In this document: piece by piece, positions 11,621 to 23,495 of the stretch
Layout: each line of letters opens with the position of its first letter
Position numbering within the stretch: the stretch's first letter is position 1
Source of the DNA: Folioceros fuciformis
Lineage: Eukaryota
Length of the DNA: 32,548 bases
Assembly: GCA_049999805.1 (NCBI GenBank)
Contig: JBNGIO010004152.1
Location: forward strand, 1 to 32,548
Direction: 5' to 3'
Notes under the pieces: model-generated
Told to the model about the DNA's origin: nothing
What the model saw: only the letters and a program-made list of their open reading frames with translations
The model's database searches: none
Program-made: the position numbers and the translations under genes

Positions 11621-12433
11621 TCAAAACATTGATATGGAGTAGAGTACATAGCTACTTTATGAAATGTGATGTGCATTATTGAAAAAAATGGAAAATTTTA
11701 TCTACCTCAAAATACGAGGTATTTTATTACTTTCTTTAATTGTTTTATATTTTATTTCTCATTTTATATCACTCGTGCCGCTGCCGTACTAGGTGTGTCT
11801 TTTTAAGGCCCTGGGGTGCTGATCAGCCTGGTACCGGGGAACTAAGGACAGTTAGTTTAATTTGGGTTGGATGCTCCAGGGCAAAAGTAAAATTGGCCTT
11901 CACACACGAGTTGGCCTTGGACAGGTGGTTGGGGAATTTGTGATGGGGCATCGGGATCTGACGAGTGTGCATGCAGGGGTAACTGTCATGGAATTGAGCA
12001 GGGGTTGTTTCTTCTGACTACACGGTAGATGCGTGTAACGTTGTCGGAAAAGTTCTTCGCAGAAAGACGGTTGGTCGTTTGAGGTGAGTGGTGGATCTTG
12101 GTGGAGCAGAGAGCGCAGGATGAGCAGTGTGAAATTTTGATTGTCTGGAGTAGAGGACAGCTTAGAGGGAAATCTCAGTTTCCAGTAGTGGAGTGGACGT
12201 AGGATTTTGAAGTGCCGGTGAAGGAGGGGCGTGGCCTCTTACCGGAGTAGCATCTTGTGTGGCCACGGTATCGGAGAATCGAGGCACGGTGTGGTGAATG
12301 AATGGCAGTCCACCCTGATGGGAATTTGTGCGGAAAATCTGGTGGCTGTCGTGGCCAGTAGCAGCAGGCATTGTCGGCCGCTTGAGTGCGTGCGAGGCCC
12401 TAGATCCTGCGCAGCTGCAGGAATTGTTGAGCC

Positions 12434-14765
12434 ATGGGGAAGTGGTCAGGGGGCGTTATAAAACCTAGTAGGGTTTTGCAGGGGAGATCACGCAGGCATG
12501 TTCGAGCTGCTCCGTTGGATGAAGGTCTCGGCCATGATTTGAGAGGGGTGAATTCGAAACTTGTGCCGCATAGTGGCCCTAATTTGTCATCTGCGGTAGC
12601 TGGAAGTGGAATCAGGACAAGTGCGCTGGCACTTAGGGGTGGGCCGGCGGGAAGTGCTGCTGAAGCGAGATTACCGAGTTTCAACCACTGTACTTTCTGG
12701 AATGGTCTCTCGGCGTTGGGGCGTGAGGTGTTGGATGAAGTGCATCGAAGTTTAAGGATTACTGGCAGATCTGTTTCGGCGGTGCGTGCTGATTTTACCT
12801 CCCAGTCGCAGGTAGGATGGGGGTCTTTGTTGCACAAGCATCAAAGTCAGGGATTTCCTCCTTTTGGAAGGATGGTCAGTGCTGCAAGCCTTGCCTTCGC
12901 AAGGTCACAGGTTACCCCTCGCATACTTGCTCTTCTACTGGGAGAGGCAACTTGGATGCACAGAAATATGGCAGAGGCTGAACAGCTACATCCAATGATG
13001 CCACTGACCAGTCAAGGAAGCTATCACCAAAGCCCCTTTCTTGCCTTTTTCTTCTCTTGTATGGAGGGACTGGCTCTTATATTTCGAGCTATATATCTAG
13101 CTGCTGTTTTCACTCCTGCGCTTGTCACGGCACCTTTTGTGGTTTCATTTGATGGGAGGTTTCGCAAAATCTGGTTGCGATTACTTCATTACACCTTAGA
13201 GAAAGCTGGAGCTGCATTCATCAAGTGGGGTCAGTGGGCAGCAGCGAGGCCTGACCTCTTTCCCAGAGATCTTTGCAGTGAGCTGGCACAGTTACATACA
13301 AAGGCTCCAGCCCACAATTTTGCCCACACGAAGCGCACTGTTGAGACTGCGTTTGGTCGCAAGCTCAATGAGATATTTGAAGACTTTGAAGAGGAGCCAC
13401 TTGCCTCTGGTAGTATAGCTCAGGTACATCGAGCTGTTCTTCGGTTCCGGTATCCTGGGCAAGCGACAAAACCCATGGTGGTCGCTGTTAAGGTTAGACA
13501 CCCTGGTGTCAGTGATAGCATACGACGGGACTTCACCATCATTAACTGGCTTGCAAAATTATCGACTGTGCTGCCAGGAATGCAATGGTTGAGGCTCGAC
13601 GAGAGCGTTCAGCAATTTGCTGTATTCATGATGACTCAGGTTGACCTTGCAAGGGAAGCCGCACACCTCAGTCGATTTATCTACAACTTCCGAAGGTGGC
13701 CAGATGTGTCTTTTCCGAAGCCTCTTTACCCACTGGTGCATCCAGCTGTGTTGGTGGAGACGTACGAGTCTGGAGAGAACGTGTCAAGATATGTGGACCG
13801 GCCAGGCAAAAATCGTGTCAACAGTGCTCTTGCACACATTGGAACTCATACGCTGCTAAAGATGCTTCTGGTTAGTACTTGAAACAGTCCCTGCAGTGCT
13901 GCAGATTGCCTGAAGATGGATAGCTTCCAGCAACTTTCAGCTTGTGCACAGTAACTATTTAGTACGTCATCTGCACTCCTACTTATGGTTAGGTATCGAT
14001 GTAGTAGCGATGTATTGTTTGCTTGACTGGTTTTGTGCTTTCTGTCTTCAGGTTGACAACTTCATTCACGCAGACATGCATCCGGGAAACATTCTTGTTC
14101 GAATTGAACGAGGAAAATCTCCTGCAACTAAAGGAATGGGCAGGACCCGGCCACATCTGGTCCTACTGGACGTCGGAATGACTGCCGAGCTCTCACAGCG
14201 GGATCGAGCCACCCTGCTTGAGTTCTTCAAGGCTGTGGCACTAAAAGATGGCCACAAAGCTGCGGAATGCACCTTGAGGTTCTCTAAATCCCAGGGTTGT
14301 CCAAATCCTAATGCTTTTAAGAAGGTGAAGAACAATCTATGGCGTTGTCTAATCTTTTCTTGTCGGTTCTTCAAGCCACATAGTTAACATTCTGATGTAT
14401 TCAGGAGGTGGAGCAAACATTCCGGTATTGGAGCACTGAAGACGCTGATACTGTCCACGCAGGGGAGTGTATGCAAGAGCTGTTAGAGCAAGTTCGACGG
14501 CATAGGGTAAACATAGATGGAGATGTGTGTACTGTCATGGTGACCACTCTTGTTCTTGAGGTGAGACTTCTAGTCTTGAGCAGAAGGTTGTCTTTCCAGC
14601 CTGATGTTTGCATCATGTTTTTTGATCCTGTGATTATTGTTAAAGGGCTGGCAAAGGAAGCTGGATCCGGAGCTGAACATTATGGACACCCTCCACAACG
14701 TATTATTCAAAGCTGAATGGGCTGCCTCTCTTGCGTACACAATTGATGGGCTCATGGCTCCTTAG
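12434..14765 (+). CDS. ABC1K: ABC1/UbiB-family atypical kinase, ADCK2/yeast Cqd1/Arabidopsis ABC1K14-15-like clade, probably mitochondrial, ~661 aa. Exons 12434-13870, 14052-14324, 14405-14560, 14646-14765
   Basis: Motifs AGAAFIKWGQWAAARPDLFP (KxGQ), PLASGSIAQVH, VAVKVRHP, DNFIHADMHPGNIL, LLDVGM and C-terminal LEGWQRKLDP...YTIDGLMAP*. Introns are GT-AG and in frame. The true start may differ. Confidence 0.88.
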
Positions 14766-14846
14766 CTTGGTGGAACCTAAGTCTGGAGCAGGTACCCTGG
14801 ATGTTCTCTAGTGTGAATGCACTGTGATGTAGTCTGGTAACGTACG

Positions 14847-15965
14847 TTACCACTTTGAGTCCCTTGCGGACAGCTTGTGTACTCCGTGATTGCCTGTAGT
14901 AAGGGATCTTTTCCACTGTTGCTGGAGGGTTGTTGCTCTTCCCGTTGGCTCGACCTGCTTAGGTTCGATCACAGGCCCTTTATATGTTGTGCATTTGGAG
15001 TGCCCAAGAATAAGATTTTTGAGGTCGACTAACGTTCAGGTGGTAAGCAGATACGTTGGGAGTGCGGGATTACTCTTGTGCCCACCGGTGAAAGTACCTG
15101 GAGGAAGAAAACCAGGACCCTTCCTGTTCAAGCTGAAGACGGTTCTCCTATGCTCGCCTTTGAAGACAAATCGAGTTGGACTAGATCCTTCAACCCTCGG
15201 AGCCAGCTCTGAGGTCATGAGAAAGCTTAGTGGAGTAATTTCCCGGACAAATTTCAATCCAGCTAGGGATTCAACTCGGCCTCACTCGATCCGGCATTTG
15301 CGAGAGGAATATAGAGTCAGGCGAGGGTGTGGGCTGCGGTTGCCTCCAGAGTTTGGCCTACGCTATCATTGACGCAATTGTGCAGTGGGTTTCTGTGGGG
15401 CAACATCTCTGGCGGATGTCCCTCAAATTGCTTTGTTAGGAGACAGATTCACTGGGTTGGCAGTGTTGTCCTTTTACTCAGAGGTTGATAGCGAGGGGGC
15501 CAGCTTATTTGAAGACAAGGGAGGGAGCTCGGAGTCTGACCTGTTGTTTTCCCCGGCATCAACCAGCATAGCTTCAAGGCTTCGTGGGTCGTAAATTCAC
15601 CTCTTTTGTGTTCAGTCCGGCAAGTGTAGGTCGAAAACGCTTACTACACCAAACGTCAGTCAGGTCCATACACCGATGGAGAGCTACTCGTTTCAATGAC
15701 TAGTTTATGCATGATGGGACTCTAGAGACAAGATGCTCGTGACACAAGTAGGTAACTACAAGGCCCCAGACCGCAAGTCTGTCTTCCTTGACGAAAATCC
15801 GTCCTCTGTATGGAGACCACAATAAAGTTTCTTCGACTTTATCTTCGTGGAGATAATGCAGCTGTTGCCTTATGCTTTCGAAGTGGAAAAAATCTAAAAT
15901 CTGTTTTAGGACGTCTTTCAAGATTGAAGGGTTAGCATGAGTCTGTGAATTATCAAACCGGTCAC
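14847..15965 (-). pseudogene. Decayed ORF of unknown family (possibly TE- or virus-derived)
   Basis: The minus strand reads as long quasi-open stretches with scattered stops and at least one frameshift. Examples are SILKDVLKQILDFFHFESIRQQLHYLHEDKVEETLLWSPYRGRIF..., IYDPRSLEAMLVDAGENNRSDSELPP... and ...KLSARDSKW*. No family motif was recognised. Confidence 0.3.
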
Positions 15966-16118
15966 ATTAGCTTCTCTTTGACAAAAGGATAGAGAATATA
16001 TGAGAAATAAACATATTAAAACTAGATTGATATTGAAAATATATGGAAAAAATAGTTAAAAATGATACGATATATTTATGGAAACTTACGGATGAATTGA
16101 GAATATAAGGAAAAAAAT

Positions 16119-16218
16119 NNNNNNNNNNNNNNNNNNNNNNNNNNNNNNNNNNNNNNNNNNNNNNNNNNNNNNNNNNNNNNNNNNNNNNNNNNNNNNNNNN
16201 NNNNNNNNNNNNNNNNNN
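16119..16218. other. Assembly gap (100 N); contiguity and true distance across it are unknown
   Basis: Run of exactly 100 N, typical of a scaffolding placeholder. Confidence 0.98.
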
Positions 16219-16496
16219 ATGTGGCCCCTTTGGTGCCTATATAAAGACTAGCTAGGCAAAAAAGTGATTGCATTGGTTTTTTCTTCATTTATGATTGTGG
16301 GGAGTTTTTGTAGAGGTACATTCCTACTATGTTGATGAGAAGTTGTCTATGTGCCTCAAATCATGTGAGAGGCACAAAGCACTCATTTCAACCTCTTAGT
16401 AAGTGTGTTAGGAGGCAACATGATTTAAAGATTGTCTTTGTGTCTCCATCTATCGTGTGTTGCTTGCTTGTTGTGATATAGTAGTGCAAGAAGAAC

Positions 16497-16660
16497 ACTT
16501 CCTTGCCAAGATTAGCTCAAGAGAAAAAATTGTTTTATTAATCGAGATCAAAACTTCGTTGCCGAGATTAGCTAAAGAGAGAAAATTGTTTTATTAATCG
16601 AGATCAAAACTTCCTTGCCGAGATTAGCTGAAGGAAGAAAACTTTATTCATCCAGATTAG
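16497..16660. repeat. 56-bp tandem repeat, ~3 copies, within possibly LTR-like sequence right of the gap
   Basis: ACTTCSTTGCCRAGATTAGCT..AGAGARAAAATTGTTTTATTAATCGAGATCAAA starts at 16497, 16553 and 16609. A CTATATAAAG lies upstream at ~16237. Confidence 0.85.
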
Positions 16661-17675
16661 ATGGCAGGAGGATGCTCACCCATTAGGATTTTGTAGGGGC
16701 GGAACGCTTTACCGATTAACTAACCATCATCCCTCTTTCTTTCAGATGTGGTGGATTAAAGCTCATAACCTAGGGCCTTTAGACGTTGGCTAACATGAGT
16801 TAAATGTTGATATAATTATGCAATATTGTAATACAAAACATGCGATCAATGATCTTTACATGACTATTACCCAATCCCACTATACACTTTGCTTTATTAA
16901 AATAATTACCTTATCCCACAACACACTTAGTTGTTTTGTCGTGAGGGACTCAAGCAAACCTTTCATGGCCCTTTCATGCTGATACCCTTCATGACCTCTT
17001 ATAGACACATAGATGGATGCCCCATTGTTGCTACATTCTAATTGCTACATAAAAAATATTCATTACCATAATTCAATCAGAGACCCTTAACCCAAAGACT
17101 TAATTTTATTTATTGGAAATCGTTTTATTGGTCTCACTCTAGAAAGGCTAACATGAACTTCAACACTAGAAATTTATAAGGGGAGAATATGCACGAAGGG
17201 CGGCAAATATACTATATTCTCCTATGGAACTTGATAAAGATGTCAAATGGGGCTTTTTTGCATCTTTGTGGAAAAGGAAGGTCGAAAACAAGGTATGATT
17301 AGCTAACCAAACAAGGTATGATTGCTAACCAAGCCTAGCGTACTCATCAGAAGTATTCTTCACACATGGTTAGTGATTTGTGTGAAATGCCTTCGAACGC
17401 TCCATCAAGTTGGTGGAGCTTGGATGATTGAAAAACATTGAAACCCTCAAGAGCACATACATGTACTAAAGCTTAGAGTATTTTCAAACAATCAGAATAG
17501 AACTGTCTCTATTTGTAAATCTTTCTTTCCATACGCATGTATATGTACACCTTCCTTCATTTATTTATATATGACATTGTACAAGTTTTATCCCATGGTG
17601 CTAGCTACTTCCACCTTAAGAGACATAAACTTGTTATTGTTGTTGATCCACTCAATGAATGGATTGTGTGCACAA

Positions 17676-17970
17676 GCCTTCTACTAGGGGAGGATAGGGG
17701 TTGACACAATCCTCAATAGTTGTGTTAAGCTTCTCATTCTAAGGGAGAATAGGGGTTGACACGATTCTCAATGGTTGTGTTGAGCTTCCCACTCGAGGGG
17801 AGGGTACAGGTTGACACCATCCTCAATGGTTGTGTTGAGCTTCCTACTAGGGGGAGGATAGGGGTTGACATGATGCTCTATGGTTGTGTTTGAGCTTCCC
17901 TTTCAAGGGGAGGATAGGGGTTGACACGATCCTCAATAGGGATTAACACGATCCTCAATGGTTTTGTTGA
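17676..17970. repeat. ~55-bp degenerate tandem repeat, ~5 copies
   Basis: Core GGGGAGGATAGGGGTTGACACGATCCTCAATGGTTGTGTTGAGCTTC. The TTGAC anchor falls at 17701, 17756, 17811, 17865 and 17921. Confidence 0.88.
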
Positions 17971-18448
17971 CATGCCACAAAGTCCACCATTCAAGTTTGT
18001 CACTATCAGATTAGTTAGCTGGCACCTTAAATAGCTTGCACCCACTTGGCCTACCTACTTTGATAACATACATGTATGAACATGGAAAACATACTCCTTA
18101 AAAGCCTAACATGGAGAGGTTACCTAGAAAGGGTGCATAGACTTTCCTCCTTTAATTTACATCTTGTTATGTAGTAAGCATGCATAGACTTATCCTTCCT
18201 TCATCATTCTCCTCCATCTTGTAATTTTTGCATACAAATTTTGTTATAATATTTGCTTTAAATTACATCGATTAGCCAATAGAGCGTTAATAGGACCCAA
18301 AAGCGTCAACACGACCCTAAAGCTTTGATGTCACTTGCTATGCCTAATTAGGTTGGGTTTTAGATTTATCGTTGGTCGTTCTCTAAAGTTAAGTTGCACA
18401 AGGAGATCTTGTAAGCCAATGTATCCACCTACTTGCTTAAAAATGTTC

Positions 18449-21102
18449 TTAACCACTTGCTTGCTTAAAAATGTTCTTGACTTCATTTACAATTGTGACC
18501 ACATAATTATTGACTTCATATGTAGTTGTAGCCATAGAATTGGTGACTTCATCGACAATAGTAGCCACAGAATCAATGACTTCATGTGCAATTGTAGCCA
18601 CAAAATTAGACATTGTTGTAGTAGCACAATCGGTCATAGATGGTTTGCCTTGGCCTTTGCCTTTGGCACCGATAGCAATGCCAGAATCCTAATCCTTTGC
18701 TGCCTACATTCATATTTTAAGAGCAACAATGATTTCAAGTAGAGCATACATGTGTCTGACTTACTACTGTGATATTACTTATTGCCACCCACTTGAGTCG
18801 TGCATTTACCTTTGGTTAGTCAACAACCTCAAGCTTGGAGACAACATCTTTGGTTTTCTTATGTTCATGATCTTGAGGTGTTAAAGATGTAGGTTATATA
18901 CACCTAGTTAATCCTAAACGAAGCGTCAGTTGCTTAGCGGATGCTCAAGGTTAGTTACTTGAACAACTATAAATTTAGTAGATAACCCTTTTTGTAAATA
19001 CAATATTTTTAATTAACAATATGAGTTTCAGGTCTCTCGTCTCCTACTCATTCCTTTGCATGGGGGTTGCCTTTGCAATCATTGGGATTGGAAGACTTAT
19101 CATCCTTGCTTGCTTCATCCTTGCCCGCTTCATCCTTGGGTTTAGAATTTGCATCCTCCGTATCATCCATACTAAATGTCTCGGCAAATGCAAGCAACCT
19201 CTTCATTTCTTTGCCTGATTCACTAAGACGATGAGTTGTAGTGCCCCCTTCTGCTTGCTCAAAAATCTCCTCACCTTCTCCTTCCTCATCCTCGTCATGC
19301 CCTAAGATCTGCCATTCATATTTAAGTTCATGTACACAAAGCTAAGATCATATGTACCAAAAATAAATCTAGTAAGATTACGCACACAATTGCAATGAGC
19401 ACAAAATCACAACTTAAGGTGTAAAGAGATGCATCCACCTGGTGGAGTTGTGAGACGGGATTTTGAGCTTCATCGTCCACTGTGGATTCCTTCTGATCAC
19501 CTTGCAATGTAGCATCCATGACCAAGTCATCATCTGAGAATGTGTCCTCATGTTCCCATTTCTCTCCGTTGTCCTCTTCTCTGTCCTTCTCTTCATGTTC
19601 TTCCACGTTCTGTCCTACACCCTCTTTTGCGTTCTCACACTCTTTTGCATTCTCTCCTGTACACAAACGCAAAAAGGATGCAACAATATAAGGTCTAGCT
19701 ATTTGGGAATTAGAAGACTAGTCATCTTTAAGGGTCGAATAACATGAGCCATAGCAAAGATGACACTAATGTAGGCGTGCAGATAAAGAGGTAGCCATAC
19801 AAGAAATGAATTGCAATCCAACTCAAATACTAAGAGAGTTTGCATCTAGCTCTTTTGGTGGTATATCTACTCCCTTCATTCTCTTGGATATCTTTGGCTA
19901 CATAACTAACTAAAACAAAATCATATGCATAAATACCTTGAGCGGCTTGAGCCCTTCCTCTACGCTGAGTGCAATGCTTCATTTTTGCCTTCCACTTCTG
20001 TGCCCAATGGGGCTCATAGTGTGATTCCATTCTCTCTCGCTTGGACATTTGCTCCTCAGCTTCATCTCCTGTAATTTGTTTATGTACATCGCCTTGGTTC
20101 CGGAACATGAGCCTTGTTTTAAAGCAAACAAGGCACAAGCTAGCTCAGCACATGCACTTGACAATAGACTATGACAAGCTACCCAACTAACTTGCTAGCA
20201 TTAAAACGTTGTTAACAATTACGACATGCCTACAAAATCAAAACAAACCTAGACCTTGAGTAAAATATCAATTTGTAACATTTTGGAGCCACTCACCAGT
20301 TTTCCACGGGCATTGCCGTGAAACCTAATCTTTGTCGCTTAACGTTGACATGTAAGTAAGATCCCATTTGTCCTCCTTCCTTCCGACCTAGGTAGGAATT
20401 CTTGACACCATCGCCAAGCCTTAATCCATTGCCTTGGAGCTTTTCCTACTCACACAGCTTGGAACCAATAAGGCCTTTGGTTTGCCAACAACTAGCTACC
20501 AACTTACAAAAACACAACATACCACACCACATTGGAACACAACACCAGCACAACTTAACACACCACGCCACATACCACAACACAACATCATAACAAAACA
20601 TAAAAGAATAGGAAGATATAGTGCCTGCAGATCACTCTTACTCCCCTCCCACTCCATTCTCCACTGTCTGTCACAACCATCAACACTTTTGAGATTGGGA
20701 ACCCCTTGAGCTGATCCAAAATGCCCCACAATGATTCCCTTTGCTATTGAGGGGGTTGGCATCAAATAACAGGTCTGCAAGAAGGCCAATTCTATTAGAA
20801 TCTTGAAAGTCATGAAGCCATGGATCCATGGCATTTACTAGAGACGGCACAAGGAACGTCAAAGTGAAAGCTTGCAAGTGGCAGTTAGCGAAAGTACATA
20901 CCATAACAAGCCCTGATATAGGAGCCCCACATCCTGGGCAAGGTTGCTCGCAGCGGGCCATTTCAACCCCACAAGCCTTACACATTGTAAGGCTACAACA
21001 CCCGGTCAGAGTAGAAGTAGACCTCAAGCCCTCTGCACTATTTCTTTTCATATAGCAGACATGGCATACCCCCTGGGAGGAGCTCCTTTGCGATGCGGCC
21101 AT
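18449..21102 (-). pseudogene. Decayed multi-segment gene or TE cargo: RING-like Cys cluster, acidic low-complexity segments and an 11-aa repeat
   Basis: 21066-20929 encodes CHVC-x18-CC-x4-CKAC-x10-CPGC. Acidic blocks occur at ~19670-19440 (EEHEEKDREEDNGEKWEHEDTFSDDD) and ~19300-19050 (HDEDEEGEGEEIFEQ). Stops and frameshifts separate the blocks, and treating them as one gene is inference. Confidence 0.35.
18480..18612 (-). repeat. 33-bp (11-codon) degenerate tandem repeat, ~4 copies, open on the minus strand
   Basis: GACTTCAT recurs every 33 nt. The minus-strand translation SNFVATIAHEV/IDSVATIVDEV/TNSMATTTYEV/NNYVVTIVNEV is an 11-aa repeat. Confidence 0.75.
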
Positions 21103-21165
21103 GATGGATATTGGACTTGTAAGTAGGAACTACTTGCTGAGCTGCAAATTGCACAACCTAGTTGT

Positions 21166-21260
21166 AATCAACATTCAAAATTCTAAGGAATTCACTGAAG
21201 CCTTTTGTATACCTCATTGCAATCAACATCCAAAATCCTAAGGAATTCACTCAAGCCTTT
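21166..21260. repeat. 55-bp-period direct duplication
   Basis: AATCAACATYCAAAATYCTAAGGAATTCACTSAAGCCTTTT occurs twice, at ~21166 and 21221. Confidence 0.8.
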
Positions 21261-22589
21261 TCCTAATACCTAGATAAAATCCAACACAATCACGTGCCTC
21301 TTAAGCTTCCAATTGCTATATATGCGTCACCTCCCACACACCTCTCACACCCCTTTTCACTAGCCACAGACATATCTTTGTGTATAGAGCATGCACATAT
21401 ATAGAATACATGCTGAAATATATCTCGACAATTTGGAGGAGCTTGTTCGCTCACATATTTGTCCTAGTATTCATTTATCTATTGAAAACTTTTTTTTATA
21501 TTATTAATAGATAAATTTATATGCTCAATGTATGCATATTTTATGTTATTAAGGACATGATGCAGAGGGGCACAACTGCTATGGATAGCTGCTTCATAGG
21601 CCTTGCCCATAGAAGTTTCTTCTTCTAAGCTTATACTATGGGACACCAAGATTTAGAGCACTTCGAAGTTCTTTATGGGCATCAATAAGCTCAGACTCCG
21701 AGCCATACTTCCCCAACAAATTGCCTTCAATCCCATACTCCATATTGCTAAGAGAGCCCAAGAATTTGGACTTAGGATGGTCTAACAATACGAGTGCCTC
21801 TCTCTACAATCCCATACTCAGGATTGCCACAAGGAGAGCAAGAGCATGAGGAGTCCTAACTTGAATATCCCACCCACTACTCTTCACGATAGGTGTCTAG
21901 CACTACAGCTATCTTTGAACTGTTCTAAAAGAATATACATATATAAAAAACTTACCAATATTAACTTGTGGGAAAATTTTAAAAAAGTTCTCACATGCTC
22001 AACGTGGGCAAAGGACCCATCCCAGCTCTGGCAGCACAGGGAAGTTGAACTTGTCAGGTGTGTTTATATGGCACACATTGCTTTTGACTTTTCTATAGTT
22101 ACAGTATATCCTATATTATAATGTTCATACGGTACTATAATTATAATGTATCGTTTTGCCACGATTATTTTATAGTATCGTCTTTTACACGGAGTAAAAC
22201 ACGGGCGTTTGAAGGAGTCGTGAGGTCCACGGCGGGGAGTTTTTGCAGGCACAACCAGGTGGCGAAATGTGACACGGCCGACAGGGGCATCAGGATGAAC
22301 TTGGGCCAGGATGAACCTTCCTGCGATGGAGCCCTCCGGCAGAGTCATTTATAAACGTTCCCCGGGAAGGTGGATTGGAGTAAGGTCGGAGGAGGCGGGC
22401 TTCGGGGAGGGCAAGCTCGCCGCGGGAGGGTGCACACGTCAGGGTCGGTCTTTTCCGAGGTTAGAACTGAGATCCGACAGCAATTTGACTGCAATGGTTG
22501 TCGCACGCGTGTTTCGGGCAAGGGATTAGGATAGGACTGATTGTTGTATCTGACGACGGGAATGGGTTGTGGCAGTGCCGAGGAAGACG

Positions 22590-23495
22590 ATGACGGGGGT
22601 GTGGCTCACCGTGCAGTTGGCCCTTGTGGCCTTGCTTGTGATTGGAAGCAGCGGCGTTGGGGCCGCGGCTAGCAGCCGGCATCGGAAAAAACTCCACGTG
22701 CCCAAGGGAGTGAGCCTCTCCTACCCGCCCTTCACCTCCGCGCTGAACTGCAGCTTCAACGCAAGCCCCCCAGAGACCCGAGCGTGCATTCCGTCCAACC
22801 CGCCCGGCGAGATCTTGTTCCTCGACGACAACAACGTGATTTCAGTGCGCTACACGTACAACAAGAAGGTGCGGCTGTACAAGAAGAAGAGCAAGCTCGC
22901 GGCTTCTTTCTCCACGGAGTATGTGATCAACTTCGACCGCGACGTTGAGCGGACCGTGCGGGTGCTGTTCGGTGGGGGATTCGCCTTTGCCATCACCCCC
23001 AACCAGGACGTGGGGAACAGCGGGCCTGAGAGTCTCGGCTTGTTCGAGATCGATCCCGCGACGGGCAAGTCGCTACGCGGGAAGAAGACTAAGACTGTGG
23101 CCGTGGAGATCGACACCTCCCGCGTGGCGGAAGAGACCTGGGACCCGCAGATTCCGCATGTTGGACTGGACATCGACAGCGTGCACTCCGTGGTGGACAG
23201 CTTCCTGTGGGACGGGCTGAGCTTCATCGATCGGAAGATTGGGGTGTTCATCGATTACGATGCCAGGAAGGAGTATCTTTCCGTGAAGTTTCAGAACGTG
23301 TCTGCTAACGGGAAGCCCAACAAGAAGAAGGCGAAGCTGTACCTGGAATACTCTGGTTTGAGGCTGTCGGATTACGTGAAGGAGAAGTCGTATGTCGGGT
23401 TCTCTTCCAGAATTCCTGTCACCACTGACGGGGTTTATAGGCTTTCCCATTGGAAATTCAGCACCAAGTGGGTTGTCACCCGTCACTGGCACTGA
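22590..23495 (+). CDS. Secreted legume (L-type) lectin-domain protein, single exon, 301 aa, no transmembrane or kinase domain
   Basis: Signal-peptide-like MTGVWLTVQLALVALLVIGSSGVGA is followed by legume-lectin motifs in order: SFSTEYVINF, GGGFAFAI, VAVEIDT, WDPQIPHVGLDIDSVHS, VFIDYD, YVGFSS and YRLSHWKFST. The ORF is clean and GC-rich. Confidence 0.85.
   Translation: MTGVWLTVQLALVALLVIGSSGVGAAASSRHRKKLHVPKGVSLSYPPFTSALNCSFNASPPETRACIPSNPPGEILFLDDNNVISVRYTYNKKVRLYKKKSKLAASFSTEYVINFDRDVERTVRVLFGGGFAFAITPNQDVGNSGPESLGLFEIDPATGKSLRGKKTKTVAVEIDTSRVAEETWDPQIPHVGLDIDSVHSVVDSFLWDGLSFIDRKIGVFIDYDARKEYLSVKFQNVSANGKPNKKKAKLYLEYSGLRLSDYVKEKSYVGFSSRIPVTTDGVYRLSHWKFSTKWVVTRHWH

Noticed and set aside
16219..16770. 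Complete LTR with a Met-tRNA primer-binding site right of the gap
   Set aside because: A TATA box and tandem repeats are present, but TGGTGGATTAAAGC is a poor match to TGGTATCAGAGC and the left boundary is in the gap.
20510..20605. CA-rich tract giving His/Thr/Asn- or Cys/Val-rich ORFs
   Set aside because: Simple low-complexity sequence.
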